Assembly (NCBI GenBank): GCA_035492055.1
Contig: DATJJR010000011.1
Span: 12,135-76,134, forward strand
DNA length: 64,000 nucleotides
Reading direction: 5' to 3'
Origin: Rhodocyclaceae bacterium
GTDB lineage: Bacteria; Pseudomonadota; Gammaproteobacteria; Burkholderiales; Rhodocyclaceae
Shown in pieces: positions 12,552 to 21,709 of the stretch; the stretch's first letter is position 1; each line of letters starts with the position of its first letter. The notes beneath the pieces are model-generated. The model did no database searches and was not told the DNA's origin. It was given only the letters and a program-made list of their open reading frames with translations. Position numbers and translations under genes: made by a program.

Positions 12552-13126
12552 GGCTTCTTCCCCTTTGCGCCAGCCTGATTCTGCTCCTCGCGCTTGATAT
12601 TCACGAACATGCTGAACGCGCTGAGACGCCGTCCGCCGACGACTTCGGCATGGATTTCAACCAGCTCCGGTTTTTCCAGAATCGGTGAATCTTCGAATGC
12701 CTGCATCAAAGTCGACACGCGTGCATTGGCCTGCGCATAGCCGGTGATACTGATGCGATTGCCGCTTTCGCTGATCTTGCGCAGATAAATGCCGTCCGGC
12801 ACGCGCTTGGCAAACTCATTGAAGATGTGCACAGTCTCGGCGCGATTCGCCTGCAACAGCTCGATCACGCGCTTTCTGGCCAGCAATGCGTCGGTCTGCT
12901 GCTTGAGATCCTTGATCTCAGCGATCTGCTTGTTGAGGATGGCAATCTCGGAACGCAAAAAATCATTGGAATCATTCTGCACATCAATACGAGCGGCGAT
13001 AACACCAAAGCCCAATGCGGCAATCACACAGACCAGTACAAAAACAGCGCCGAGCATTGCATAAAACTGCACGCGCCTGGCTTTGCGCTTTTCCTCGCGG
13101 TGCGGCAGGAGGTTGATGTGCATCAT
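12548..13126 (-). CDS. pilN: type IV pilus assembly protein PilN
   Basis: 192 aa with the N-terminal INLLPHREEKRK motif followed by a TM helix. Position in the array. Confidence 0.85.
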   Translation of the reverse strand: MMHINLLPHREEKRKARRVQFYAMLGAVFVLVCVIAALGFGVIAARIDVQNDSNDFLRSEIAILNKQIAEIKDLKQQTDALLARKRVIELLQANRAETVHIFNEFAKRVPDGIYLRKISESGNRISITGYAQANARVSTLMQAFEDSPILEKPELVEIHAEVVGGRRLSAFSMFVNIKREEQNQAGAKGKKP

Positions 13127-14202
13127 TGATCGAATCTCCGCAGGGCCAGACCACAGGCCACCAGCAGCGACGGCGCGTCTGCCAACAGGCGCTTGGGTTT
13201 GATCTTGGCCGAAATCGCCATTCCCGCAAAAGGATTGGCGCGCAGGGTTTCAATCTGTGTACGGGCGGAAACGGCGGCTTCAACGCCTTCCATCAGGACT
13301 GTTCCGCCAGCCAATACGATGTAATTGACTTGGGTATGCGGCGTCGATGTATAGAAGAACTGCAAGGCCCGCGAAACTTCCAGCGATAGCGCCTCAAGGA
13401 AAGGCTGGGCCAGCTCGGTTTCGTAATTTTCCGGCGGCGCTTCGTCGCGCTTCATTGCTTCGGATTCGTCCGCACCCATGCCGTAGATGCGCATGATGTC
13501 GCGGGTCAACTGACCGCCCCCAAACGAATGTTCACGCGAATATAGCGTTTCGTCGTCGCGCATGAAGGTGAAACGGGACACATTTGAACCGATATCGCAG
13601 AGCGCGATGATGGCGCCCTTGCCGCCGCCTGGCAACTGACGCGCAACCTCGATCATGGCGCTTTGTGTTGCAAACGATTCAACGTCCATGACCATTGCAT
13701 TCAGGTCGGCAGCTTCGGCACAGGCAACCCGATCCTCGATTTTTTCCTTGCGCGAAGCGGCAAGCATGACCTCGACCTCTTCAGGGCTGTTGGCCAGCGG
13801 ACCGATTACTTGAAAGTCAAGGTTGACCTCTTCCAAGGCAAACGGAATGTACTGATTGGCTTCCGACTCGACCTGGATTTCCATTTCCTGCTCACGCAAG
13901 CTGGCCGGCAGAATGATTTTCTTGGTAATCACCGCCGCCGATGGCAGCGCCATGGCGACATTGCGTGTCGTTGTGCCCATGCGCTTCCAGGCCCGGCGCA
14001 CGGCTTCAGCCACGCCTTCAAGGTTGGCGATGTTGCCGTCACTGACAGCCTCACGCGGCAAGGGCTCGATTGCGTAGCGTTCGACCCGATAGTTCCCTTT
14101 GCCGGTGTCTACCAGTTCGACCATCTTGACGGCCGATGAACTGATATCCAGCCCGAGCAGGGGACGCGCTTTCGGGTTGAAGATCGAAAAGTCAATCTGC
14201 AA
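13123..14202 (-). CDS. pilM: type IV pilus assembly ATPase-fold protein PilM
   Basis: 359 aa with an actin-like fold; N-terminus LLGLDISSSAVKMVEL. First gene of the array. Confidence 0.92.
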   Translation of the reverse strand: MQIDFSIFNPKARPLLGLDISSSAVKMVELVDTGKGNYRVERYAIEPLPREAVSDGNIANLEGVAEAVRRAWKRMGTTTRNVAMALPSAAVITKKIILPASLREQEMEIQVESEANQYIPFALEEVNLDFQVIGPLANSPEEVEVMLAASRKEKIEDRVACAEAADLNAMVMDVESFATQSAMIEVARQLPGGGKGAIIALCDIGSNVSRFTFMRDDETLYSREHSFGGGQLTRDIMRIYGMGADESEAMKRDEAPPENYETELAQPFLEALSLEVSRALQFFYTSTPHTQVNYIVLAGGTVLMEGVEAAVSARTQIETLRANPFAGMAISAKIKPKRLLADAPSLLVACGLALRRFDQ

Positions 14203-14403
14203 AAGAAATTCCCTTTTAAAATTATCTAATTAGGGCGATATGTAAGATTTTCCTTTAGATATTAACAACAAGCCTATAGCCGCGCAAAGAAAAGAAACAA
14301 GGAAACCTAGGTTTGTTGGTTTCCCGCAACGCAAGGGCAGTGCGGAAGCGGCAGATATCCGGCCTGTATAATCTGCCGCGTACTTCAGACCAGACAGCCT
14401 CCC

Positions 14404-16824
14404 ATGCCCAAACTCCCGTCGCTGCCGCCGATTGCGCGCTGGATTATTTATCCCATTCTGGCGCTCGTTGGCGCCAGCCTTATTGCCGCCGCCATGGCTG
14501 CAATCGTATTCATTGTTCTATACCCACAGTTGCCCTCACTGGATGCACTGACCGACTACCGACCCAAGGTGCCACTGCGCATCTATACGGCAGACGGCTA
14601 CCTGATCGGCGAATTCGGCGAGGAACGACGCGATCCAGTCAATATCGCCGACGTACCGCTACTGATGAAGCACGCCATCCTGGCAGCCGAGGACGAGCGC
14701 TTCTACTCTCATCCCGGTTTCGATATCCAAGGCGTAGCGCGCGCCGCCGTCACCAACGTTATTGGCGGCGGCAAGAAACAAGGCGCGTCGACCATCACCA
14801 TGCAGGTGGCACGCAACTTCTTTCTCTCCAGCGAAAAGACACTGACTCGCAAGCTTTATGAGGTTCTGCTGGCAATGAAAATTGAAGCCAGCTTGTCCAA
14901 GGACCAGATTCTTCAGCTCTACATCAACCAGATTTACCTGGGTCAGCGCGCTTACGGTTTCGCCTCGGCTGCCCAGATCTATTTCGGCAAGACGCTCAAG
15001 CAGCTGACGCCGGCTGAGGCAGCAATGCTCGCCGGACTGCCGAAGGCGCCGTCGGCCTACAACCCGGTCGCCAATCCGAAGCGGGCGCTGCTACGCCAAC
15101 ACTACGTCCTGCGGCGCATGGACGAACTCGGTTTCATTACCGACACCGAATATCAGACCGCCTTGAATCAGACGCTGGACGTCAAGCACAGCAGCAATGA
15201 CTTCGGCACGCATGCCGAATACGTCGCCGAAATGGCGCGCCAGATCGCCGTCGACCGTTACTCGGAAGACGCCTACAACCAAGGTCTGCGCGTGATCACG
15301 ACCATCGTCAAAGCCGACCAGGATGCCGCCTACGCGAATGTGCGCAAGGGCGTGCTCGACTACGACCGGCGCCACGGTTATCGCGGCGCCGAGCAATACG
15401 TCGATCCCAAGGATTTTTCGGGCAACACGGACGAAGATTACGAAGATGCCCTGTCGGATGTTGCCGATGTCGAAGGCATGCCGCCGGCGCTTGTACTGGA
15501 CGCAGCACCGGGGCGGGTCACCGCCTATCGTCGTGGTGGCGGAACAGTCGTACTCACGGGCGACGCGATCAAATTTGCTGCCAGCATGCTCGACGACAAG
15601 GCGCCGTCCAACAAGCGCCTGCGTCGTGGTGCAGTGATTCGCCTGGTTGCCGGCCCGGACGCCAAGACGCCTTGGGTAATTGCGCAGTTGCCGATCGTGC
15701 AATCGGCCTTTGTCGCTGCAAGCCCCGTCGACGGCGCCGTACGTGCGCTCGTCGGCGGCTTCGATTTCGACCTCAATAAATTCAATCACGTGACGCAGGC
15801 TTGGCGGCAGCCGGGTTCGAGCTTCAAACCGTTCATCTATTCAGCGGCGCTGGAAAAGGGTTACAACGCCGGTTCGGTCTTCCAGGATGCGCCGTTGACC
15901 ATTTCGGCCGATGAAACCGGCTCGCAACCATGGACGCCGCACAACTACGAAGACACCTATGAAGGCCCGATGACGCTACGTAATGCGTTGGCCAAATCGA
16001 AAAATATTGTGTCAATCCGGCTGCTGCAGGCCATTGGCCCCAAGTACGCGCAGGACTACATCACCAAGTTCGGTTTCGACGCAGACAAGCATCCGCCGTA
16101 TCTCACAATGGCGCTCGGCGCTGGCTCGGTGACACCGTGGCAGCAACTTGCCGCGTATTCGATCTTTGCCAACGGCGGCTATCGGATCCAGCCGTATATC
16201 GTTAGCCAGATCCAGGACGCTCGCGGCAAGACGCTGGCCGAATTCAAGCCTGTGGTCGCCGGCGAAGATCGTGTCATCGAAGCACGCAACGCCTACATCA
16301 TGGACAGCATGCTGCACACCGTCGCCCAGCGCGGTACCGGCGCACGCGCCAGCGCCGTGCTCAAGCGCAGCGATCTGGCAGGCAAGACCGGCACTACCAA
16401 CGACTACGTTGACGCATGGTTCTGCGGCTACCAGCCGACCATGGTTGCCATTTCTTGGATCGGCTTCGACCAGCCCAAGCGTACCGGCGAAACCGGCGCG
16501 ACTGCGGCCTTGCCAATCTGGATCGGTTACATGCAGACAGCGCTCAAGGGAGTCCCCGAGTCCTACATGGACGTACCGGATGGTCTCGCCGCCATCACCG
16601 ATCAGGATCTCGGCGGCAACGGCAAACAGCAAAAGGAATTGATCTACAAGGAGCAATTGCCGGCAGACCAGGAAGAGCCTTCATCCGAACCCTTGCCCAC
16701 GACAGGCCCGCCGCCGACGCCGGCACCGGTGCTGGATGCGAAACCGAAGCCGGTCGGCGATGTACCGCCTAAATCTCCGCCCCCGGCTGTACCTGTCGAC
16801 CCGTCGACAAAGCCGGTAAATTGA
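14404..16824 (+). CDS. mrcA: penicillin-binding protein 1A (bifunctional transglycosylase/transpeptidase)
   Basis: 806 aa with glycosyltransferase motif EDERFYSHPGFD and transpeptidase motifs SSFKPF and KTGTTND. Pro-rich C-terminal tail. Divergent from pilM as in many proteobacteria. Confidence 0.95.
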   Translation: MPKLPSLPPIARWIIYPILALVGASLIAAAMAAIVFIVLYPQLPSLDALTDYRPKVPLRIYTADGYLIGEFGEERRDPVNIADVPLLMKHAILAAEDERFYSHPGFDIQGVARAAVTNVIGGGKKQGASTITMQVARNFFLSSEKTLTRKLYEVLLAMKIEASLSKDQILQLYINQIYLGQRAYGFASAAQIYFGKTLKQLTPAEAAMLAGLPKAPSAYNPVANPKRALLRQHYVLRRMDELGFITDTEYQTALNQTLDVKHSSNDFGTHAEYVAEMARQIAVDRYSEDAYNQGLRVITTIVKADQDAAYANVRKGVLDYDRRHGYRGAEQYVDPKDFSGNTDEDYEDALSDVADVEGMPPALVLDAAPGRVTAYRRGGGTVVLTGDAIKFAASMLDDKAPSNKRLRRGAVIRLVAGPDAKTPWVIAQLPIVQSAFVAASPVDGAVRALVGGFDFDLNKFNHVTQAWRQPGSSFKPFIYSAALEKGYNAGSVFQDAPLTISADETGSQPWTPHNYEDTYEGPMTLRNALAKSKNIVSIRLLQAIGPKYAQDYITKFGFDADKHPPYLTMALGAGSVTPWQQLAAYSIFANGGYRIQPYIVSQIQDARGKTLAEFKPVVAGEDRVIEARNAYIMDSMLHTVAQRGTGARASAVLKRSDLAGKTGTTNDYVDAWFCGYQPTMVAISWIGFDQPKRTGETGATAALPIWIGYMQTALKGVPESYMDVPDGLAAITDQDLGGNGKQQKELIYKEQLPADQEEPSSEPLPTTGPPPTPAPVLDAKPKPVGDVPPKSPPPAVPVDPSTKPVN

Positions 16825-17151
16825 TCAGGAAAGGCGGACGGTTTCGCCTGTTTGCTCTGACAAACAGCGCGCAATCGCCGCCATCAAGACTTCCCCGTCA
16901 CGGGTTCCGATCCATGTGCCGCCCTCCAGGCGGAAATGAAAACCGCCTGACTTGGCCGCCACCCAGATTTCACGCGCAGCGGTGTGGCGATTCACGATGA
17001 TCTTGCTGGTACCGCTGTCCGATTCACATTCAATCTCAAGTACGCCACCTTCCTTGAGTTCGAAATCGATATCGGCATCGCATTTTTCCAATGCTGCCTC
17101 GACGCGTACCAGCATTGCATCCGCCAAGGCGTTGAATTCACGTTCATCCAT
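16825..17151 (-). CDS. cyaY: iron donor protein CyaY (frataxin homologue)
   Basis: Start trimmed to MDEREFNALADAMLVRVEAALE (ATG 17151), giving 108 aa of frataxin-like sequence. Adjacent to the lipoprotein gene and lysA. Confidence 0.85.
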   Translation of the reverse strand: MDEREFNALADAMLVRVEAALEKCDADIDFELKEGGVLEIECESDSGTSKIIVNRHTAAREIWVAAKSGGFHFRLEGGTWIGTRDGEVLMAAIARCLSEQTGETVRLS

Positions 17152-17222
17152 GATCTGTCCTGAAAATTCGCTGTGATACCATGCCGCGGCACATTCAACG
17201 CCCGCTTCCACGAAGACTTTCC

Positions 17223-17420
17223 ATGCGCACGCTGCCGTCTCTGATCTTGCTCGTTCCATTAGCTGCCTGTGGTACACGCGGCCCGCTCGAGCTCCCACCG
17301 GGACCGCCGCCGCCACCCTTGCTAGGCAACAAGGCATCAACAACCTCTCCTGCATCGCTACCTGATACGACACCGCGCATGACGAGGCCCGATCTTAGCA
17401 ACAATCCTGTCAGTCCATAA
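17223..17420 (+). CDS. small lipoprotein, LptM/YifL-like
   Basis: MRTLPSLILLVPLAAC lipobox followed by a Pro-rich tail (PPGPPPPP). The position between cyaY and a diaminopimelate-pathway gene matches yifL. Confidence 0.55.
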   Translation: MRTLPSLILLVPLAACGTRGPLELPPGPPPPPLLGNKASTTSPASLPDTTPRMTRPDLSNNPVSP

Positions 17421-17435
17421 ATACGCAACACGCCC

Positions 17436-18683
17436 ATGAGCTTTTTCACTCGCAAGAACGGCAGCCTGCACATCGAAAATCTGCCACTCGCCGATATTGC
17501 CGCACAGTTCGGTACACCTGCCTATGTTTATTCGCGCGCTGCACTGAGCGCTGCATTCACGGCTTACACGAATGCGCTTGCTGGTCGTGATGCGTTGATC
17601 TGTTACGCAGTCAAGGCCAACTCCAATCTCGCCATCCTGAATGTGTTCGCCCGGCTCGGCGCCGGTTTCGACATCGTCTCCGGCGGCGAACTCGCGCGCG
17701 TGATTGCCGCCGGCGGCGATACAAAGAAGGTTGTGTTCTCTGGTGTCGGCAAATCGGAAGTTGAAATGCGCCAGGCGCTTGAGGCCGGCATTCTCTGTTT
17801 CAACGTTGAATCAGCAGCCGAACTCGAACAATTGAATATCGTTGCCGGCCAGCTTGCTAAAAAGGCGCCGGTATCGCTTCGCGTCAATCCGAACGTCGAT
17901 CCCAAGACTCACCCCTACATTTCCACTGGCCTCAAGAGCAATAAATTCGGCGTCGCCTTCGAAGATGCGCACGGGCTTTATCGCCACGCCGCATCGCTGC
18001 CGAATATCGAGATTCATGGTCTCGATTGCCACATCGGCTCACAACTGCTTGATCCAGCACCGGCCGCCGAGGCTGCAGAGAAAATTCTAGGTCTTGCCGA
18101 CCTGCTCGCGGCCGACGGCATTTCTTTATCGCATCTCGATTTCGGCGGCGGCATGGGCATCCAGTATTTGGATGAAGTCGTGCCAACGGCGAACGAATAT
18201 CTCTCTGCGATTCTCAAGCTCACCGCTGGACGCAAGGAAAAACTGCTGTTCGAACCGGGCCGTTCATTGGTCGGCAATGCCGGCGTATTGTTGACAAAGG
18301 TCGAAGTGCTGAAATCGGGTAGCGAGAAAAACTTCGCCATCATCGACGCCGCGATGAACGACCTGATGCGCCCGGCACTTTACGATGCCTTCCATGACAT
18401 CGTCCCGCTCAGCGAACGCATCAACGATCGCAAACAAATTTGGGAAGTGGTCGGCCCCGTATGCGAATCCGGTGATTTTCTTGGTCACGCTCGCAATCTA
18501 GCGCTCGAAACCGGGGACCTGCTGGCGATCATGTCGGCGGGCGCCTATGGCATGACCATGAGCTCGAACTACAACACGCGTCCGCGTGCAATCGAGATTC
18601 TCGTGGATGGCGAGCAGGCACACGTCATACGCGAACGCGAAAAAATCAGCGAACTTTTTGCGCTCGAGTCGGTATTGCCATAA
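17436..18683 (+). CDS. lysA: diaminopimelate decarboxylase
   Basis: 415 aa of the PLP-dependent decarboxylase family (YAVKANSNLAILN; CESGD). Confidence 0.95.
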   Translation: MSFFTRKNGSLHIENLPLADIAAQFGTPAYVYSRAALSAAFTAYTNALAGRDALICYAVKANSNLAILNVFARLGAGFDIVSGGELARVIAAGGDTKKVVFSGVGKSEVEMRQALEAGILCFNVESAAELEQLNIVAGQLAKKAPVSLRVNPNVDPKTHPYISTGLKSNKFGVAFEDAHGLYRHAASLPNIEIHGLDCHIGSQLLDPAPAAEAAEKILGLADLLAADGISLSHLDFGGGMGIQYLDEVVPTANEYLSAILKLTAGRKEKLLFEPGRSLVGNAGVLLTKVEVLKSGSEKNFAIIDAAMNDLMRPALYDAFHDIVPLSERINDRKQIWEVVGPVCESGDFLGHARNLALETGDLLAIMSAGAYGMTMSSNYNTRPRAIEILVDGEQAHVIREREKISELFALESVLP

Positions 18684-18704
18684 ACGTCACCACTTCACAA
18701 AAAA

Positions 18705-18737
18705 ACGGCCTGCAATCTGCGGGCCGTTTTTGTTTTG
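18705..18737. terminator. bidirectional intrinsic terminator between convergent lysA and the PCuAC gene
   Basis: AACGGCCTGC / GCGGGCCGTT forms a 10-bp stem (one G-U pair) with a 5-nt loop. It is flanked by an A-run upstream and TTTTTGTTTT downstream. Confidence 0.7.
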
Positions 18738-18749
18738 GAAAAACATTTG

Positions 18750-19232
18750 TCACATGTGGTGATCGTTGCCCATGTTCATGCCACTCGTCCCCTTCATGCT
18801 GCTGGCAAGGTCACGGACAGGCGCATTCACTTTGATCGTCTCAATGCGCTTCGCTGGAGTCTCGATCTTCAACTCCAGCAGAACATTGCTGCCGGGCTTG
18901 AGCGTCTGCTTCAGTCCCGTCAGCATGATGTGATAACCACCGCTTGCAAGTGTCACGGGCTTGCCTGCGGGCAGCTCCACACGCGCCACAGGCCCCATTG
19001 ACATACGATCACCGTCCATCTTCATTTCATGCACCTGCGCATCCTCGGCGACTGTCTTGCTCACGGCAACACCGACGAGGGCCGCTCCCCTGGCGCTGGT
19101 CAGCGTCATAAAGGCACCGCTCGCTTTTTGTCCATCGACAGTCCCACGCACCCACGGCGACTGCACATCAACGTCGCCAGCATGTGCCAATGCAGACATT
19201 GAAAACAAAGCAGCAAGCAGCAGTTTTTTCAT
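18750..19232 (-). CDS. periplasmic copper chaperone PCu(A)C (DUF461)
   Basis: Start trimmed to MKKLLLAALFSMSALAHA (signal peptide). Contains HEMKMD and GGYHIML motifs and a Met/His-rich C-terminus MKGTSGMNMGNDHHM. Confidence 0.85.
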   Translation of the reverse strand: MKKLLLAALFSMSALAHAGDVDVQSPWVRGTVDGQKASGAFMTLTSARGAALVGVAVSKTVAEDAQVHEMKMDGDRMSMGPVARVELPAGKPVTLASGGYHIMLTGLKQTLKPGSNVLLELKIETPAKRIETIKVNAPVRDLASSMKGTSGMNMGNDHHM

Positions 19233-19254
19233 AACGTATCCTTTCGACTCAAGA

Positions 19255-20130
19255 TCAGTCCAACGCCAACAGCAGCGCAATCGGCACGATGATAATGGAA
19301 AGCGCATTGCCGGCCATCACAATGGCAGCGACCTTGTCCGGCTCCTGCTGGTAGCGATCCGCAAACATGTAATTCAGCACCGCCGGCGGCAAGGCGCCGA
19401 AGACGAGCAGAATGCCGGCCTGTTCGCGATCGAGTCCGAACACCGGTGCGCACGCTGCGGCAACCAACATGCCGAGCATCGGACACGCAATCCCGCCCAG
19501 CAATCCATGGCACAGACCACGCCAATCGGCATCACTCAGACGCATTCCCAGGCTGAACAGCATCAGCGGCACGCAGATGGCGGCGAGCATTTGCACAGCG
19601 GTAGCCACCGGCGGCCACATGGTCACGCCGCTTTGGCCCACAGCGATGCCGACAACGCCCGCAACGAGGAGCGGGATTTTCCACAAATCACTGAATCTCG
19701 CATGGTGGTCGAGTATCCACACGCCCAAGGAAAAATGCAGCACGTTCTCGATCAGGAAAAGAACGACGGCCACCGGCATGGCTTTTTCACCAAACGCCAG
19801 CAAGGTCAGCGGCAAGCCCATGTTGCCGGAGTTATTGAACATCAAGGTCGGCAACAGTGTTTTCTTTTGTTGCCTGAAAAGATGTGCAAGCGGCCAACCC
19901 AAGAGACCCGAGCCCAACACAACGACGACGCCGGCAAGTGCAATCGAAGCATAGTGCTCAAGCGCAACGTGCTGCGTTGCCAGCGCCGAAAACACCAGCA
20001 TCGGCGTAAACACGTCGAGATTGAGGGCATTGGCGGCACTCATGTCGAGCGGACGACGACGGCCGTAACACCAGCCGACAAAGACAATCGCAAAGACGGG
20101 GAAAACGATGGAGAGGATGCGGAACAGCAC
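19255..20130 (-). CDS. AEC (auxin efflux carrier) family transporter
   Basis: 291 aa polytopic membrane protein whose N-terminus MLFRILSIVFPVFAIVFVGW is typical of the AEC family. Confidence 0.8.
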   Translation of the reverse strand: MLFRILSIVFPVFAIVFVGWCYGRRRPLDMSAANALNLDVFTPMLVFSALATQHVALEHYASIALAGVVVVLGSGLLGWPLAHLFRQQKKTLLPTLMFNNSGNMGLPLTLLAFGEKAMPVAVVLFLIENVLHFSLGVWILDHHARFSDLWKIPLLVAGVVGIAVGQSGVTMWPPVATAVQMLAAICVPLMLFSLGMRLSDADWRGLCHGLLGGIACPMLGMLVAAACAPVFGLDREQAGILLVFGALPPAVLNYMFADRYQQEPDKVAAIVMAGNALSIIIVPIALLLALD

Positions 20131-20214
20131 TGTGAAAATGGAGAAGTGAATCCGAAAGCGAGTGTACAGCGCAGGTAGCGCAGCACTCCATGCTGAATCG
20201 CTGGGAAGAAACTG

Positions 20215-21600
20215 CTAGCGGCGACGAATTTCCAGATCCACGATTCGATCAAGCCCACTTGCTGCCAGCAATGTTGCTACCGGCAGATTGATGCCGCGCA
20301 TGCGAATGTGCACGCCACGCGCATGCAGCGGTGCCAATGCTTCTCGCAGCAATCTTGCAGCGACTTCGTCGACGCGCGTCAGGCGCTCTGCTTCAAGCGT
20401 GAATGCATCACGACCATTGGCAGCAGCCAGCAGCGCATCGATACGTCCCGTACCGGCGAGCAGCTCACCTTCGAATACAAAGGGATCGGTACTCTTGGCA
20501 ACCGGCAATGACGCAACCTTGGCTGTCTTGGGCACTTCCCACGATGGCGGCGAAACTTCGAAGGTCACTGCGTAATTCACGGCAGCATCTTCGAAGGCCA
20601 GCTGATCGCCAGTGCGCAGGTACAGTTCAAGCAGCAATAGCCAAGTTTCTTCGCGCTCACGACGCATGACTTCGACCTTGCCCGCCAGGAGGGCGGCAAA
20701 GTCAGCTGCAGCACCGAGCAGGCATTCACCGCCAGCTTTCTTGATGGCGCGCAGCATGTCGAGCAAAAGTCGGCAACCGTCGTTGTCCGCATCGGTCACT
20801 TTCTGCAGGCCCAGGCGCACGACGGGGTTGTTCTGCGCGATTTCGGCAAGCTTCTTGAGTGGGCCTGCACTGGCGGCCGACAACACGCCCGACAGTGCAA
20901 CACTCGCCCCTCCGGTTTCGACGCGTGTATCGGCGCTTCCGTCAGCATCAAGCCATGCCGGTGCCGAACGCTCGAAACGCTTGGCATAGGCATCGGCAAG
21001 ATTCTCGAACGCCTGGCGACGGCCAAGAATCTGCAGCAAATCGAACAGCATGTTCCAGCCCTGTTCGGTGGCTCTGCCGAGCATACCGCCACGCAGGGCG
21101 GCTTCAAGCGCAGCAGCAGCTTCGATCGTTTTGCCGGCCGCATGCTGTCGCGCAACATCGATCAGCACGGAAGAGCTGGCCAGTGAATTCAATTGCGGTA
21201 CCGCCTTGGCAGGCGGTGTGGATGTGGCAACAGGGGCAGAAGGTACCGGGGCGACTGCAGGTGGCTGTGTCGGAATGGTTTTGGCAGGAACAGGCGCAAG
21301 GGCCTCGACTTCAACCGCGTCATCGATCGACAGAGCGGTGAAATCCAGCAATTCGAGCGGTACTTTGGTGGCCGCAGATACCGTCGGCGTAATCGGCGCA
21401 AGGGCGGCAACCGGCTCAACCGCGGGAAGAACCGGTTTGCTCACGGCCGGGGCTGGCACAGGCGTGATCGTAGCCGCTGTCTGCATTACAGAGGCTTCAT
21501 CAAGGTTCAGCTTCGTGAAATCGATGCTGTACGGATCGAAGTCGTCCTTCGATTTCTCGGCAGGTGGCGTCGGATTGCTTTTGGATTCGGGAGCGGCCAC
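20215..21600 (-). CDS. hypothetical protein: Pro/Ala-rich N-terminal region plus two (helical + STAS-like) modules
   Basis: 461-aa ORF with a GTG start and weak SD. Internal duplication is visible (RRQAFENLADAYAKRFERSAPAW vs DQLAFEDAAVNYAVTFEVSPPSW). Each copy is followed by an anti-sigma-antagonist-like beta-alpha segment. Confidence 0.6.
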   Translation of the reverse strand: MAAPESKSNPTPPAEKSKDDFDPYSIDFTKLNLDEASVMQTAATITPVPAPAVSKPVLPAVEPVAALAPITPTVSAATKVPLELLDFTALSIDDAVEVEALAPVPAKTIPTQPPAVAPVPSAPVATSTPPAKAVPQLNSLASSSVLIDVARQHAAGKTIEAAAALEAALRGGMLGRATEQGWNMLFDLLQILGRRQAFENLADAYAKRFERSAPAWLDADGSADTRVETGGASVALSGVLSAASAGPLKKLAEIAQNNPVVRLGLQKVTDADNDGCRLLLDMLRAIKKAGGECLLGAAADFAALLAGKVEVMRREREETWLLLLELYLRTGDQLAFEDAAVNYAVTFEVSPPSWEVPKTAKVASLPVAKSTDPFVFEGELLAGTGRIDALLAAANGRDAFTLEAERLTRVDEVAARLLREALAPLHARGVHIRMRGINLPVATLLAASGLDRIVDLEIRRR

Positions 21601-21709
21601 GGTCTCTTGTCACACGATTGGATGATGTGTATTTGTCCTTTTTTTATCACACCAACATCATTTTTAGCAAATTGAAACCCCAAGGAAGCATTGCATATTT
21701 GAAGATTTC

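Noticed and set aside
18961-20178. 405-aa plus-strand ORF rich in His/Arg/Gln
   Set aside because: Antisense to the PCuAC and AEC transporter genes. It is low complexity and has no signal or domain features.
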